From Fimbriimonadia bacterium (GTDB taxonomy: Bacteria; Armatimonadota; Fimbriimonadia; Fimbriimonadales; JABRVX01): 64,000 nt of DNA. The stretch is from NCBI GenBank assembly GCA_041483895.1, contig JBGPGO010000003.1:192001-256000 (forward strand). Reading direction: 5' to 3'. A program made the position numbers and the translations under genes. The notes beneath the pieces are model-generated. The model was not told the DNA's origin. It saw nothing but the letters and a program-made list of their open reading frames with translations, and did no database searches. Of this stretch, positions 1 through 9,627 are shown piece after piece. How positions within the stretch are numbered: the first letter of the stretch is position 1; each line of letters starts with the position of its first letter.

Positions 1-2
1 AT

Positions 3-1589
3 GTCGCCGGTGGCGGCTATACCTGCTACGTTCCGCTCCCCTTCAAGAAATCTTGCAAGATACTATTGCGCGCAAAGCAGTTTCAGTTTTACGATCTAAA
101 CTACGCGATCTATCCCGAAGATGCTCCGGTGAAAACATTTGATCCGAAGGTGACGGAAACTGATATGCGGAATATCGAAGCGGCGAAGGCTGTCTTCGCT
201 GGTGGCAGGTCGAACGATCTGACGGCCTACAACGTGCCCGCCGGCGCCAAGCTGCGGAAGCAACAGTTCGATGCCCGCCTGGAGCCGGGAAAGAGCGTCA
301 CACTATTTGAAACCAAACGCCCGGGACGGATAGCCAGTCTGCGGATCGGTCCCGCGGAAGCATTCGTCGGCAAGAGTCGCGACATTCTTTTACGCATCAC
401 TTGGGATGGCGACAAGAAGCCCGCCGTTCTTTGCCCCGCAGGCGATTTCTTCGGGTACGCCTGGGGAAAGCCGGCGACCGGCGCCTGTCTGATTGGCACG
501 TATGCCGGGGTCAACTACTGCAACCTGCCGATGCCATTTGACCGCGCCGCGAAAATCGAACTCGTCTCGCTGAGAAGCAGTGGGCCGGCCATAACCGTTC
601 GCGGCGAAGTGGTTGTGGGCGATACACCCCGTCGCGCCTACGAAGGGAAATTCTACGCAGTGTGGCGTCGTGAGAATCCCACAACGGAAGGCAAGCCGTT
701 TACGTTTCTCGAGACCAAAGGACGCGGGCATATTGTGGGGTTGGCTCTACAGGCGCAGGGGAAAGAGCCTGGCAATACCTCGTTCTTCGAAGGAGACGAT
801 CAAACCACAATCGACGGCGAGCTTGTCATTCACGGTACAGGCTCGGAAGATTCTTTCAACGGTGGATGGTACGACGTGCCGGGACGATGGGACGGTCCTG
901 TCGCCCGTGCATTGAGCGGATGCATGGTCTATCAGAAACAGCTCGGCCGGACCGGTGGATATCGTTTCATGCTTGGCGATGCATACAGTTATCGCGAGGG
1001 GATACTGCAAACGATCGAGCATGCGCCGGAGCGAAATGAACTCCCCGCCGATTACTGTTCCGTGACCTATCTCTATTCACAGAATCGACCGACCGCCAAT
1101 ATTGATATGCCGGATCGCGCCGCTCGGCAAGTGGAGGACCCTTCGAAGATAGTATTTGCCGCTCATTGGACGCTGCCAATCGGGTCGTTCAGTTTCGCCG
1201 ATGCAACGTTGAGCCGCAAGGCTGTACCCGCGGGCAACCAGCAGGTTCGATGCCTGTCGCTCAGGGCAAAGGGACAAGATTTCTTCGGTCCTCCGTTCCT
1301 GTCGCTCATCTGCGAACTTCCGGACAGCGGCAAGTATCAGGTGTTCATTGACGCCGTGAAGGGTCCCGAGCAGGGAAAAGTGCAGCTGTTTCAGGACGAG
1401 TCGCCCGTGGGCGATCCGGTCGATCTGTTTTCGGATAAACCTGCCTTGGCTAACGGCATTCTCATGGGCGACTTCGCGGGTGTGGAAGGCAACAACACCG
1501 TCATGTTTAAGATCGTGGGAAAGAATGACGCTTCCGCTGCCCTTGGCTTCGACCTGGTCAATATTGTCTTCGTAAAAGCATCGCAATAG
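3..1589 (+). CDS. DUF2961 / GH172-like glycoside hydrolase, 5'-partial
   Basis: Frame is open from the window edge (VAGGGYTCYVPLPFKKSC...). Motifs CNLPMPF, FEGDD, HGTGSEDSFNGGW and TIEH are typical of DUF2961/GH172. Confidence 0.8.
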   Translation, partial: VAGGGYTCYVPLPFKKSCKILLRAKQFQFYDLNYAIYPEDAPVKTFDPKVTETDMRNIEAAKAVFAGGRSNDLTAYNVPAGAKLRKQQFDARLEPGKSVTLFETKRPGRIASLRIGPAEAFVGKSRDILLRITWDGDKKPAVLCPAGDFFGYAWGKPATGACLIGTYAGVNYCNLPMPFDRAAKIELVSLRSSGPAITVRGEVVVGDTPRRAYEGKFYAVWRRENPTTEGKPFTFLETKGRGHIVGLALQAQGKEPGNTSFFEGDDQTTIDGELVIHGTGSEDSFNGGWYDVPGRWDGPVARALSGCMVYQKQLGRTGGYRFMLGDAYSYREGILQTIEHAPERNELPADYCSVTYLYSQNRPTANIDMPDRAARQVEDPSKIVFAAHWTLPIGSFSFADATLSRKAVPAGNQQVRCLSLRAKGQDFFGPPFLSLICELPDSGKYQVFIDAVKGPEQGKVQLFQDESPVGDPVDLFSDKPALANGILMGDFAGVEGNNTVMFKIVGKNDASAALGFDLVNIVFVKASQ

Positions 1590-1616
1590 GCGTCTTCATC
1601 CAAGAAGCTGCGGCAG

Positions 1617-2519
1617 CTACTTGATGGCAACAATCTGAATGCCGCTCTCGAAGGGCCACGTCAAGCGGGTTAAGAGACTCGTCTTTATTCCACTCCCTGG
1701 GGCCAAGGGCGACATCCCTCTTTGTTCGGGGCTTCGCAATCTATGTGCATAGACGCTTCGAACGCCAATGCGCTTGAGTTCGCGGACGATATCAATCGGG
1801 CTGGAATAGTAGACTAAATCCCGATCGCCGCCGACGAACCCTTCCGTGTCCAAATCAGGTCGCACATAAACAAAACTCGGTTTAGGCCAAAGCAGTTTTC
1901 GAATCGTCAATCCAACGTTGCGCCAGAGTCGCCTCTTTGCCTGAGTCATGGTTTCCGCAAGCCAATTTCGACCCTTTCCACCGCGCTTTAGGTCTCGGAT
2001 GTCTCGAATGGAATCGAAGACGGACGTTGTGTTTGGGGCATGAATGTAAAGTAGGCCACCCGACTTGAGTACCCGGACCATTTCACGGAGGGCCGCCGGA
2101 ATGTCAGGGACATGCTCGATCATCTCAAACGACGTTATCGCGTCGACGGATTCGGTACGAAAAGGCAACCGGATCACGTCACCGACCGCTGTCGGTTGAT
2201 TGCACAATCCTCGCGTCTTACCCTCGCGAAGCATCTTGAGCGAAAGATCGCACCCGAACGCATTTCCCAGATGCTCGGACAATATTTCGGTTGTCTGACC
2301 GCAGCCACAACCGACGTCAAGGACGAGTTGTCCCGGCTTCAGCCACCGCAGAATGGGATTGACCGCGCCGCGGTGATGGTCGAGACCGTAGTCGGCAAAA
2401 TGCGATGCATAATCTTCGGACTCCTTGTAAAACGTGCGTATCGCGTCGCGGTCGAGGTTGGTGGGCCCACGCGTTTCTGGCTCGTTTTCGACGGAGAGAA
2501 TGGACTGTAGGAGACCCAT
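1617..2519 (-). CDS. Class I SAM-dependent methyltransferase
   Basis: VLDVGCGCG motif I, GDVIRLPF, IEHVPD...LREMVRVLKSGG. Confidence 0.85.
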   Translation of the reverse strand: MGLLQSILSVENEPETRGPTNLDRDAIRTFYKESEDYASHFADYGLDHHRGAVNPILRWLKPGQLVLDVGCGCGQTTEILSEHLGNAFGCDLSLKMLREGKTRGLCNQPTAVGDVIRLPFRTESVDAITSFEMIEHVPDIPAALREMVRVLKSGGLLYIHAPNTTSVFDSIRDIRDLKRGGKGRNWLAETMTQAKRRLWRNVGLTIRKLLWPKPSFVYVRPDLDTEGFVGGDRDLVYYSSPIDIVRELKRIGVRSVYAHRLRSPEQRGMSPLAPGSGIKTSLLTRLTWPFESGIQIVAIK

Positions 2520-2595
2520 GCGAGGATATCATTCTACCCGGCGAGGGGTTTTTCATGTGATAACGCTACTGGAGTGAATTAACAAGCATTGCTCT

Positions 2596-2751
2596 GTAGT
2601 CGCGGGCCAGGCTAGCAATTCCTTTCGAGCGTTGATCGACAAAGGCCCGCGTTGGCACCGTTTCCCCGTTCCATTCCCGTTGTAGCACGGTTGCAACGCG
2701 GGCCTTTGATCGTGGCACTCGCTCGGCTCCGGTAAGCTGACCCGCGTCTAC
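2596..2751. repeat. Inverted pair of GTAG-led ~58-bp hairpin units (REP/REPIN-like)
   Basis: 2596-2654 (+) gtagtcgcgggcc...caaaggcccgcgttg and 2751-2694 (-) gtagacgcgggtc...caaaggcccgcgttg. Confidence 0.65.
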
Positions 2752-2756
2752 ACTTT

Positions 2757-3581
2757 CTAGGATTTTAGCCACGGAGCGCGGAAGAGTTCCCATTGGCCCC
2801 GCGAGGTATCTTGCAGCGCCGCCTTCACCCCGAACATTTCCGACCACATCGCAGCGATCTGCGCCTCCTCCGGCCGCTTCCCATCATCCAGCACCACCAG
2901 GGAGCTCTCCCCCATCTGGTTCAAGAACGTCGGCAGGGCAGGGTATCGCGCGAGCGGGCAGGTGTCTCCCTTCGGCCCGTCGACGAGCAGCGCATCGATC
3001 CGACCAAGAGCGAGCGCTGGTTGGATGGATTCCTTTGCGTACCACTGGAATGTACGGCCATCGAGAGACAACGCCGCCAGAGGGGCGGTCAGCACCGTCG
3101 CGTATTCTGTGAGGCCCCGCTCCGACAGCATCTGCCAGACAAAATCCGCCCATTTCGCGTCATGTTCCAACGCATAAACGTGACCTTTTCCCGTCAGCTT
3201 AAACTCCCTGGCGAGCACGACTGTCGAGATTCCGGACCCGAATTCAACCACGGTCGTCCACCCGTTGATGCGCACCATTCCCACAAACCGCAACAGCGCG
3301 TCGGGCGCCAACGCCCAAATGCTCCACGGCAGGATGGGCGCTTCCTCCTTGGGGTAGATGACGGCCATCGCCGCTGCCTCTTGAATGAAGTAGTAATTGC
3401 GAAAGATTTGCGCCCACAAAGCATCCTTCCAGCGATGAATGAAGAACAGTGCCGCGCTGACTGCCGCCACAGACCCTGCGAGAGCGCCGTACCCCTTGGC
3501 GATCTGCTCCACGCCTATCCCAACCCCACAGCCGACGATGAGGCAAACGGCTGAAAATTTTGCGCCCTTCATCACTGACAT
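2757..3581 (-). CDS. Membrane-anchored class I SAM methyltransferase (Methyltransf_24-like)
   Basis: Two N-terminal hydrophobic helices; VVEFGSGIST, ALEHD, LLVDGP, VVLDD. GGAGG upstream of ATG 3581 supports this start. Confidence 0.75.
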   Translation of the reverse strand: MSVMKGAKFSAVCLIVGCGVGIGVEQIAKGYGALAGSVAAVSAALFFIHRWKDALWAQIFRNYYFIQEAAAMAVIYPKEEAPILPWSIWALAPDALLRFVGMVRINGWTTVVEFGSGISTVVLAREFKLTGKGHVYALEHDAKWADFVWQMLSERGLTEYATVLTAPLAALSLDGRTFQWYAKESIQPALALGRIDALLVDGPKGDTCPLARYPALPTFLNQMGESSLVVLDDGKRPEEAQIAAMWSEMFGVKAALQDTSRGQWELFRAPWLKS

Positions 3582-3665
3582 ATCCCAACCTCCACCCGAC
3601 CCCCTGAATTTTTGGTCGCCGGGAACCGGTACTATACCTAGGCCCGGCAAACGGCCCACGAAAGC

Positions 3666-4790
3666 ATGAATTTCCTTACCTTTGTCCATCGAGCCAACCC
3701 GGAAGTGCCCACGAACCCGGTGCAGCTTCCCCGAGGCCTTGCTCTCTCCGGCAACTGCATCCTGATGGTAGAGGTGCGCGACCGGCTGACCTCCCGGACG
3801 CTTCAACCATGGTTATGGAATCGATTGGAGATTCACGAAGATCGCCCGAATCTCCACGTTCTGACCTACACTCCCGCGCTGCCATCCAAGGCCGGATTCG
3901 CGCCGTCCGCCCTCGCCCAGTTTCGCAGCGCTGTGGAACGCGGGATTGCGGCGATCTTCGGATCGGATCGTCCAACGCTGCTTCTGTTTAGTCCCAATGA
4001 GGCGCGATTTAAGGTTGTTGTGCCGGACCTGAAATTCGTTTACCGGGTGATCGACGACTATCCGACGATGCCATTCTATGCGGCCGATCCCGAGGGTTGC
4101 CGATTGTTGGATGAACGGCTTTGCCGAGAGGCCCTTGCCGTCGCGCCCAGCAATCCGAAATTACTACGCCAACGGGCCGAATTCAACCCAAACCATATCT
4201 TGATTCCGAACGGAGTGGACTACGACCATTTTTCCGCGCCGACCGATGTGCCGCACGACATCGGCGCGCTGCCGCATCCCGTCATCGGCTTCGCGGGGGC
4301 GCTGGATTCTTACAAAATGGATTGGAAACTGGTCGCCGAACTCGCGGCACTGCGTCCCGATTGGAGCTGGATCCTGATCGGCAAGATCGGGGTGAGCGAC
4401 GGAACTCACGCGGCCACGCTTCCGAAGGCTCCCAATCTCCACTATCTTGGATTCCGCGCGTATCAATCGCTGCCGGGCTATCTGAAGAGTTTCGATGTCG
4501 GCATGATTCCTTATGCGGTCAACGATTACACGGAAGGGATCTCACCCCTCAAGCTGTACGAGTATTTGGCTGTAGGCCTGCCGGTGGTCTCCACCCCGCT
4601 GCCGTTTGCGCGGGAGGCAGGTGAGGCGGTGCGAGTCGGGCACGATGCGAAGGAGTTCGTTCACGCCATCGAATCGGCGTTGGCGGAGCAGGGGAGGGAA
4701 GACCACCGAAAGGAATTAGCCAAAGCGAACTCCTGGGAGGTCCGAGGCCGCGTCCTCGTTGACTACCTCCGCTCGCTGGGACTTTCCTAG
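3666..4790 (+). CDS. GT-B glycosyltransferase (GT4, TuaH-like)
   Basis: IPNGVDYDHF, IGFAGAL, FDVGMIPY, SPLKLYEYLAVGLPVVST. Confidence 0.85.
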   Translation: MNFLTFVHRANPEVPTNPVQLPRGLALSGNCILMVEVRDRLTSRTLQPWLWNRLEIHEDRPNLHVLTYTPALPSKAGFAPSALAQFRSAVERGIAAIFGSDRPTLLLFSPNEARFKVVVPDLKFVYRVIDDYPTMPFYAADPEGCRLLDERLCREALAVAPSNPKLLRQRAEFNPNHILIPNGVDYDHFSAPTDVPHDIGALPHPVIGFAGALDSYKMDWKLVAELAALRPDWSWILIGKIGVSDGTHAATLPKAPNLHYLGFRAYQSLPGYLKSFDVGMIPYAVNDYTEGISPLKLYEYLAVGLPVVSTPLPFAREAGEAVRVGHDAKEFVHAIESALAEQGREDHRKELAKANSWEVRGRVLVDYLRSLGLS

Positions 4791-6002
4791 CGGCAAAATC
4801 TCCGCGATGACCGACTCGACGCTGTCAACCATCGCCTCCAATGTGTAGCGTTTTTCAGCATGGGCCCGAAGGTTGGCGGAGAGCTGCGCGCGCAGGCCGG
4901 GATTGGACAGGAGAGAGTGCATGGCGTCTGCCAGCTCCCTCACGTCGCCGGGTTTTACCAAGATCGCCCGCTCCGTTCCGGCAAGCTCCGAACCCAATCC
5001 CGCTCGGTTGGATGCGATAACCGCCAGGCCAGCGGCAGCCCCTTCGATGAGGACGTAGGGATGGCCTTCGTATCGAATGGATGGCAGAAGCAAGATGTCT
5101 GAGGCGTTGTAGTACGCCTGGACGCTGTCCTGTGGCACAGGGCCGGTGAAAATTATGCGGTCAGTGACACGAAGCTCCTGGGCGATTTGCCGTAAGCGCT
5201 GCTCCTCCGGACCTCCGCCGACAATGAGCAGCCTCGCGCTCTCGGGAGGGGAACAAACGGCAAATGCCCTTATGGCCCGATCGAATGCCTTGTCGGTCGC
5301 CAATCGGCCGCTGCAAAGCAAATACGTTCGATCCTGTTCCAGACCCAGCGCTCTTCGCGTGTCCAACCGGCTTTGGTCGGTGGGGAGGGGCGGCAGGGGG
5401 ATCCCGTTTGGGATCACCCGAACCTTTTCTTCCGGAACAAGATAGAAGTGTTTGCACTGTTCGGCCACGTATTCGCTGACGCAGACAACTCGCTCCGCGC
5501 GAAACGCAGCCCGATCCCGGATGATGGATGCCGCCATTCCTGGAAGGTGCTTGAACAGAAAGCGCAGCGCCTTTCCTGGGCCGGTGTCCGCGGCGATAAC
5601 GGACAAGTGCTCGGATATCCAGGTGCCATGCATAAATATGATCGCAGGGGGCCTATCAGGAGGATGCAGCGTGCGCATCGTCATCGTCGCGGATCCGGAC
5701 TCGGCCAGAAGGACATCGAATTGATGTGGCTGACGAAGACGCTCCAAAACCGCATGTCCAAAGGCAGGGGAGTGAATGCAGGTCGGCGTGTCGGCCAGGA
5801 ACCGGGTCAGAACGCCGCCGTGCTCATCCGTAGCCATGCCCTGCTCATGGGCTGTTGTCCAGACCTCGACGCAATTGCCGCGGCGGGACAACTCCCCGGC
5901 AAGATCGCGCGCATGGCGCTCCAAACCGCCGATTCGGTGCTGAACCACGCAACGGCTGACGAGAAGAATCTTGAGTGGCTCTCTCGCGGCCACCTGAGTC
6001 AC
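4716..6002 (-). CDS. GT4 family glycosyltransferase
   Basis: GGLERH, IPNGI, GRLATDK, EGHPYVLIEG (ExxxxxxxE). Confidence 0.85.
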   Translation of the reverse strand: MTQVAAREPLKILLVSRCVVQHRIGGLERHARDLAGELSRRGNCVEVWTTAHEQGMATDEHGGVLTRFLADTPTCIHSPAFGHAVLERLRQPHQFDVLLAESGSATMTMRTLHPPDRPPAIIFMHGTWISEHLSVIAADTGPGKALRFLFKHLPGMAASIIRDRAAFRAERVVCVSEYVAEQCKHFYLVPEEKVRVIPNGIPLPPLPTDQSRLDTRRALGLEQDRTYLLCSGRLATDKAFDRAIRAFAVCSPPESARLLIVGGGPEEQRLRQIAQELRVTDRIIFTGPVPQDSVQAYYNASDILLLPSIRYEGHPYVLIEGAAAGLAVIASNRAGLGSELAGTERAILVKPGDVRELADAMHSLLSNPGLRAQLSANLRAHAEKRYTLEAMVDSVESVIAEILPLGKSQRAEVVNEDAASDLPGVRFG

Positions 6003-7567
6003 GCAGCGATTGCCTCAGCGGCGGTGATATTGGATTGTTCGTCGAGGTCTTTGCGCGAGATGGCCTGAGTGAGGCCGATGACCACGGCGGTTGTCGTCAC
6101 GGGCGCAACGAGGAAGAAGTTCGGTTGGACCCAAGAACCGGCCAACATGGCAAGCATATAGGCGGTTCCGCCCCAAATGAATCCGCGCGCCGAGGGTTCG
6201 CGCAATTTCCTCACGCGCCGCATGCTCACAAATATGGGAACACACAGCAGAATCAGCAGCGGAAGCGTGGTGAGAACCCCTCCCGTGGCAAGAACATACA
6301 CGTATGAGTTGTGCATGAACGGTTGGAAGTTTGCCCGTTTGGTCCCACTGGCTGTGGGCTCATAGGATCGCCTCAGGTAATACCCCGGCCCCTGTCCAAT
6401 TGCGGGGTGTGCGAGGAAGCGAGGCCATGCCTGCTCCACCTCCAACATTCGCTCATGGTAGCCGCCCTCTTCGTATTCGCGCACATCGAAAGTTTGGGTG
6501 AACCGGATTCCCACTTCATCGAACACTCCGGCCAAGCGATCGCCGAATTGTGGGACGCAGACCGCCATCGTCGCGACGACAACCGCGACCCAGAAGGAAT
6601 CCCGGAAAGCGATCCATCGCATGGTCTTGGTTGAGAAGAACCATATGAATGAAGTACCCAGAAGAACGCCGACATACCCATTGCGTCCTTTGTTCATGGC
6701 GACGGCCACCATAAACGCGAGGAAAGCGATGAAATACCAACGCTTCTTGCGCTCGTCGTCAACGTGCATATAGAGACCGAACGAGATCAACGTCATCGCT
6801 ACCATCAACATCGCGCTCGGCAACCGCACGGCAAGGCCGGAACCGCGTGCGGAGACGTCGACCAGTCCGAATAGGTCACCCCATCCATACTGGCCAAAGA
6901 AGTAGAAGTAGTACGTTTGGCACGCGCAGGCCAAACTCATCGCGAACAGCAAGTTGATAAACGATCGGAGCCGATCCTGACGCCGAAGGTAAATGATCAT
7001 GGGCAGGATGAGCAGGTAATGGACCATCTGGCCATACTGATTCCAAATGTCATCCCAACCGCGCTCCAGCATCATGACCGCCGCGACCATTTGTGTAAGG
7101 ACGATCGCGTAGAAAACGAGCGGCGTCATCATCACAGCGTCAAGTTTGGGCCGCTCGTGGGGTCGTTCCTTGAGGTATTCCCATGCGGCAAACACCAGCA
7201 GCAGTCCCAAAACAACTTCGGCCGTGTTGAACACGTTGAACTTCAGCGCCATTTGGCTCCACGCGCCGAAACCAAACAATGTCGCATTCAGGATAAAGAC
7301 AATGCCGATCAGACTGTCGGGCGAGCGCGCGACCAATACAAATCCAATGATGCCGGCAATGAAGGCAATGGACATCTTCAACGCCTCTCTCCCCTCAAGA
7401 TCGCCCATGAGGAGATAGAGGACGACACCGCACAAAAGGACGATCGTGCCGACAACGGCATTGAACCGCCACTCGGGAGTCATGACGTTGAACCAGCTTC
7501 GCCGCTGCCTCGCGAAGGAAAGGCGGAAGTTGTGCGTCAGTTGTTCGAGGCCGCTGCGTATAACCAT
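5999..7567 (-). CDS. O-antigen ligase / Wzy-like polysaccharide polymerase
   Basis: Many TM helices, a periplasmic loop with HPAIGQGPG and HNSYV, and EPS operon context. Confidence 0.7.
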   Translation of the reverse strand: MVIRSGLEQLTHNFRLSFARQRRSWFNVMTPEWRFNAVVGTIVLLCGVVLYLLMGDLEGREALKMSIAFIAGIIGFVLVARSPDSLIGIVFILNATLFGFGAWSQMALKFNVFNTAEVVLGLLLVFAAWEYLKERPHERPKLDAVMMTPLVFYAIVLTQMVAAVMMLERGWDDIWNQYGQMVHYLLILPMIIYLRRQDRLRSFINLLFAMSLACACQTYYFYFFGQYGWGDLFGLVDVSARGSGLAVRLPSAMLMVAMTLISFGLYMHVDDERKKRWYFIAFLAFMVAVAMNKGRNGYVGVLLGTSFIWFFSTKTMRWIAFRDSFWVAVVVATMAVCVPQFGDRLAGVFDEVGIRFTQTFDVREYEEGGYHERMLEVEQAWPRFLAHPAIGQGPGYYLRRSYEPTASGTKRANFQPFMHNSYVYVLATGGVLTTLPLLILLCVPIFVSMRRVRKLREPSARGFIWGGTAYMLAMLAGSWVQPNFFLVAPVTTTAVVIGLTQAISRKDLDEQSNITAAEAIAA

Positions 7568-7570
7568 GGT

Positions 7571-8230
7571 TTAGGCGCCCGTCGCTTCCGGAATCGATTT
7601 TTTCAAGGCGTCGAATACCTCTGTGGCAAACCGCTGGATCAGATTCAGGTCTTCGTTCTTCTTGCCGGAGGAGTCCAGTACGATAAATCGGAAGAAATAT
7701 CCTTGGCCCATCGGGATGCCGAGAGTCTTAGACAAGGTGAGCGACATCACTTGCCGGAAGGGGTCGGCCGTGAAGCCCCATGGTCCCAAGAAAAAGTAGA
7801 TTGCCGTGGTCTGCGATCCGGAAACGCTGTTCGTCATCGACAGAACGACCGCCGGGATATTTTTTCCGCCGATATTCAATGTCTTGATTTCGTTTTGATC
7901 CAACCGCCAATTCTGATTTCGGAAGCATATCTGTGGATCATGAAAGGCGTTGGACGACGTGCTGGAAACGAGCGTGAAATCCAAATGATGATTGTCCGGT
8001 CCGGAATAGATCGCGCTGATCATGCCGTCCGGGCTAAGGGCGTCCCACGTCGCCTGATCGACATCCATGGTCTTTAGCAGTGGGAAGTTCGGACATGAGT
8101 TTGGCACGCGCGCTTCATAATAGGCCTGGTTCGGCTTTTTGGCCGCCTTGTTTGGGATCACCGTTGCGGCAACCCCTGCAGCCAGCAAGAGCGTGATTAC
8201 GTGGATTGCATTTCTTCTCAATCTTTCCAT
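7571..8230 (-). CDS. Exosortase-associated EpsI family protein
   Basis: N-terminal membrane anchor and HDPQICFRNQNW motif (EpsI HxPxxC-like); overlaps the exosortase 3' end. Confidence 0.7.
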   Translation of the reverse strand: MERLRRNAIHVITLLLAAGVAATVIPNKAAKKPNQAYYEARVPNSCPNFPLLKTMDVDQATWDALSPDGMISAIYSGPDNHHLDFTLVSSTSSNAFHDPQICFRNQNWRLDQNEIKTLNIGGKNIPAVVLSMTNSVSGSQTTAIYFFLGPWGFTADPFRQVMSLTLSKTLGIPMGQGYFFRFIVLDSSGKKNEDLNLIQRFATEVFDALKKSIPEATGA

Positions 8231-9072
8231 CCCAACCTCCGAGCCAGCCAAAATAGAACGCCGTAGGCAATTACCAACTCCAGATAACTGCCGTAGTCGT
8301 GAAACCAACTTCCCGCTCTTTCCCCGAAATTCTCCCCGAACACTCCGATCATCGCAATCCGCCAGCTATTTACGACCAGCGCCACGGGTACCAGCACGAC
8401 GAACATGACTCCAATCCGCCACCAGTTGAATTTTGCAATGGATGAGAAGAAAAGGGCGAACATGAGCAGCGCCATCGTCAATTTGAACCCACTGCATGGC
8501 ACACCAACGTATAATTCGTAGTTATCCAGATGGATCTGGGAGTTGTTTATCATGGTGGGCGCGAAACCGAGCACGTCGAGCATCTTCACCGCGATCTTCG
8601 TTGAATACACCTGGCCAACATTTGTGAACTGCGTGAAAATATATTCCGGCAATGGCAGCATGAATCCCATCAGGATAATTGGGATCGTAAGCCGACGGGT
8701 CATCTTCGTCCCGAATGTATAGATGCACGCTCCCACGATGAACAGCATGAAGCCGACCTGCGAGACGAACTGGCTCAGAACGTGCGACCCCCACCAGGCC
8801 AGCAACACCGAGAGTATCAGCAAGCCCATCCCCAAAGGCGCCGGCCGAACCTCTACCTTTTTTAGATCATCGCGCATCCGGTAGATCATATATCCCACAA
8901 GGAACGGAACAAAGACACCGTGCTGGTAGTAACCGTTCGTCTCCCACCACTGCGCCCATGCGAATCGCAACATGTAGTGGAAGGCGAAGATCACCGCGGC
9001 CGTAAAGAGCCCAATCAGGATCCAGTCCCGATTGTCCAGCTTTGGGAGCTCGAACTTCACAGCCTTAATCAA
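8218..9072 (-). CDS. Exosortase
   Basis: Multi-TM protein with YYQHG, VGVPCSG (catalytic Cys), NSWRI (Arg) and FHD (His). Confidence 0.9.
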   Translation of the reverse strand: MIKAVKFELPKLDNRDWILIGLFTAAVIFAFHYMLRFAWAQWWETNGYYQHGVFVPFLVGYMIYRMRDDLKKVEVRPAPLGMGLLILSVLLAWWGSHVLSQFVSQVGFMLFIVGACIYTFGTKMTRRLTIPIILMGFMLPLPEYIFTQFTNVGQVYSTKIAVKMLDVLGFAPTMINNSQIHLDNYELYVGVPCSGFKLTMALLMFALFFSSIAKFNWWRIGVMFVVLVPVALVVNSWRIAMIGVFGENFGERAGSWFHDYGSYLELVIAYGVLFWLARRLGWKD

Positions 9073-9626
9073 ATTACATCCCCTGCCTTTTTCTTAAACG
9101 TCCAAAATCGGTTCATAAAGAAATTCCAGAACATGACGATAAAAATCGCTATCAGATTGTATGGCAGCATCTCTCGGGCGCTCAGGCCCTCCTTGTGCGG
9201 CACCAACGCGTAAACCAACCCGGCGCGCAATGCCATACCAGAATACGCAACGACGAAGAATTTCTTCATCTGCGATCCCGCGGTCCCCGGCTCCGTTGCC
9301 CGGAATGTCCACCGCCGGTTCCAATAAAAGGCGTTTGCCGTCCCGATGATGCCGCTCGAAATCACGCTCGTCATGGCCGCGGCCAGCTTCTGTTCGTCCG
9401 GCGCGATGGCAAGCGGCGTCAGAACCGATAGGCACCAATCCGCCATTGCATACGGAATGAACCGGAAAAAGTGCCACAAAACGTAGTTGGAGGCGAGGTC
9501 CAACACTGTGCTCGTCCCACCGACGATGGCGAACTTGACGAACTGCCGAACGCCTTCCGGCTTCGTCCGTATCCACTCCTGAAATCCTGATTTTTCCATT
9601 GGTGGCGACAAACTTCCGTTAGCCAT
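9069..9626 (-). CDS. GtrA-family small flippase-like membrane protein
   Basis: QFVKFAIVG, NAFYWNRRWTF, WNFFMNRFWTF. Confidence 0.85.
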   Translation of the reverse strand: MANGSLSPPMEKSGFQEWIRTKPEGVRQFVKFAIVGGTSTVLDLASNYVLWHFFRFIPYAMADWCLSVLTPLAIAPDEQKLAAAMTSVISSGIIGTANAFYWNRRWTFRATEPGTAGSQMKKFFVVAYSGMALRAGLVYALVPHKEGLSAREMLPYNLIAIFIVMFWNFFMNRFWTFKKKAGDVI

Positions 9627-9627
9627 A

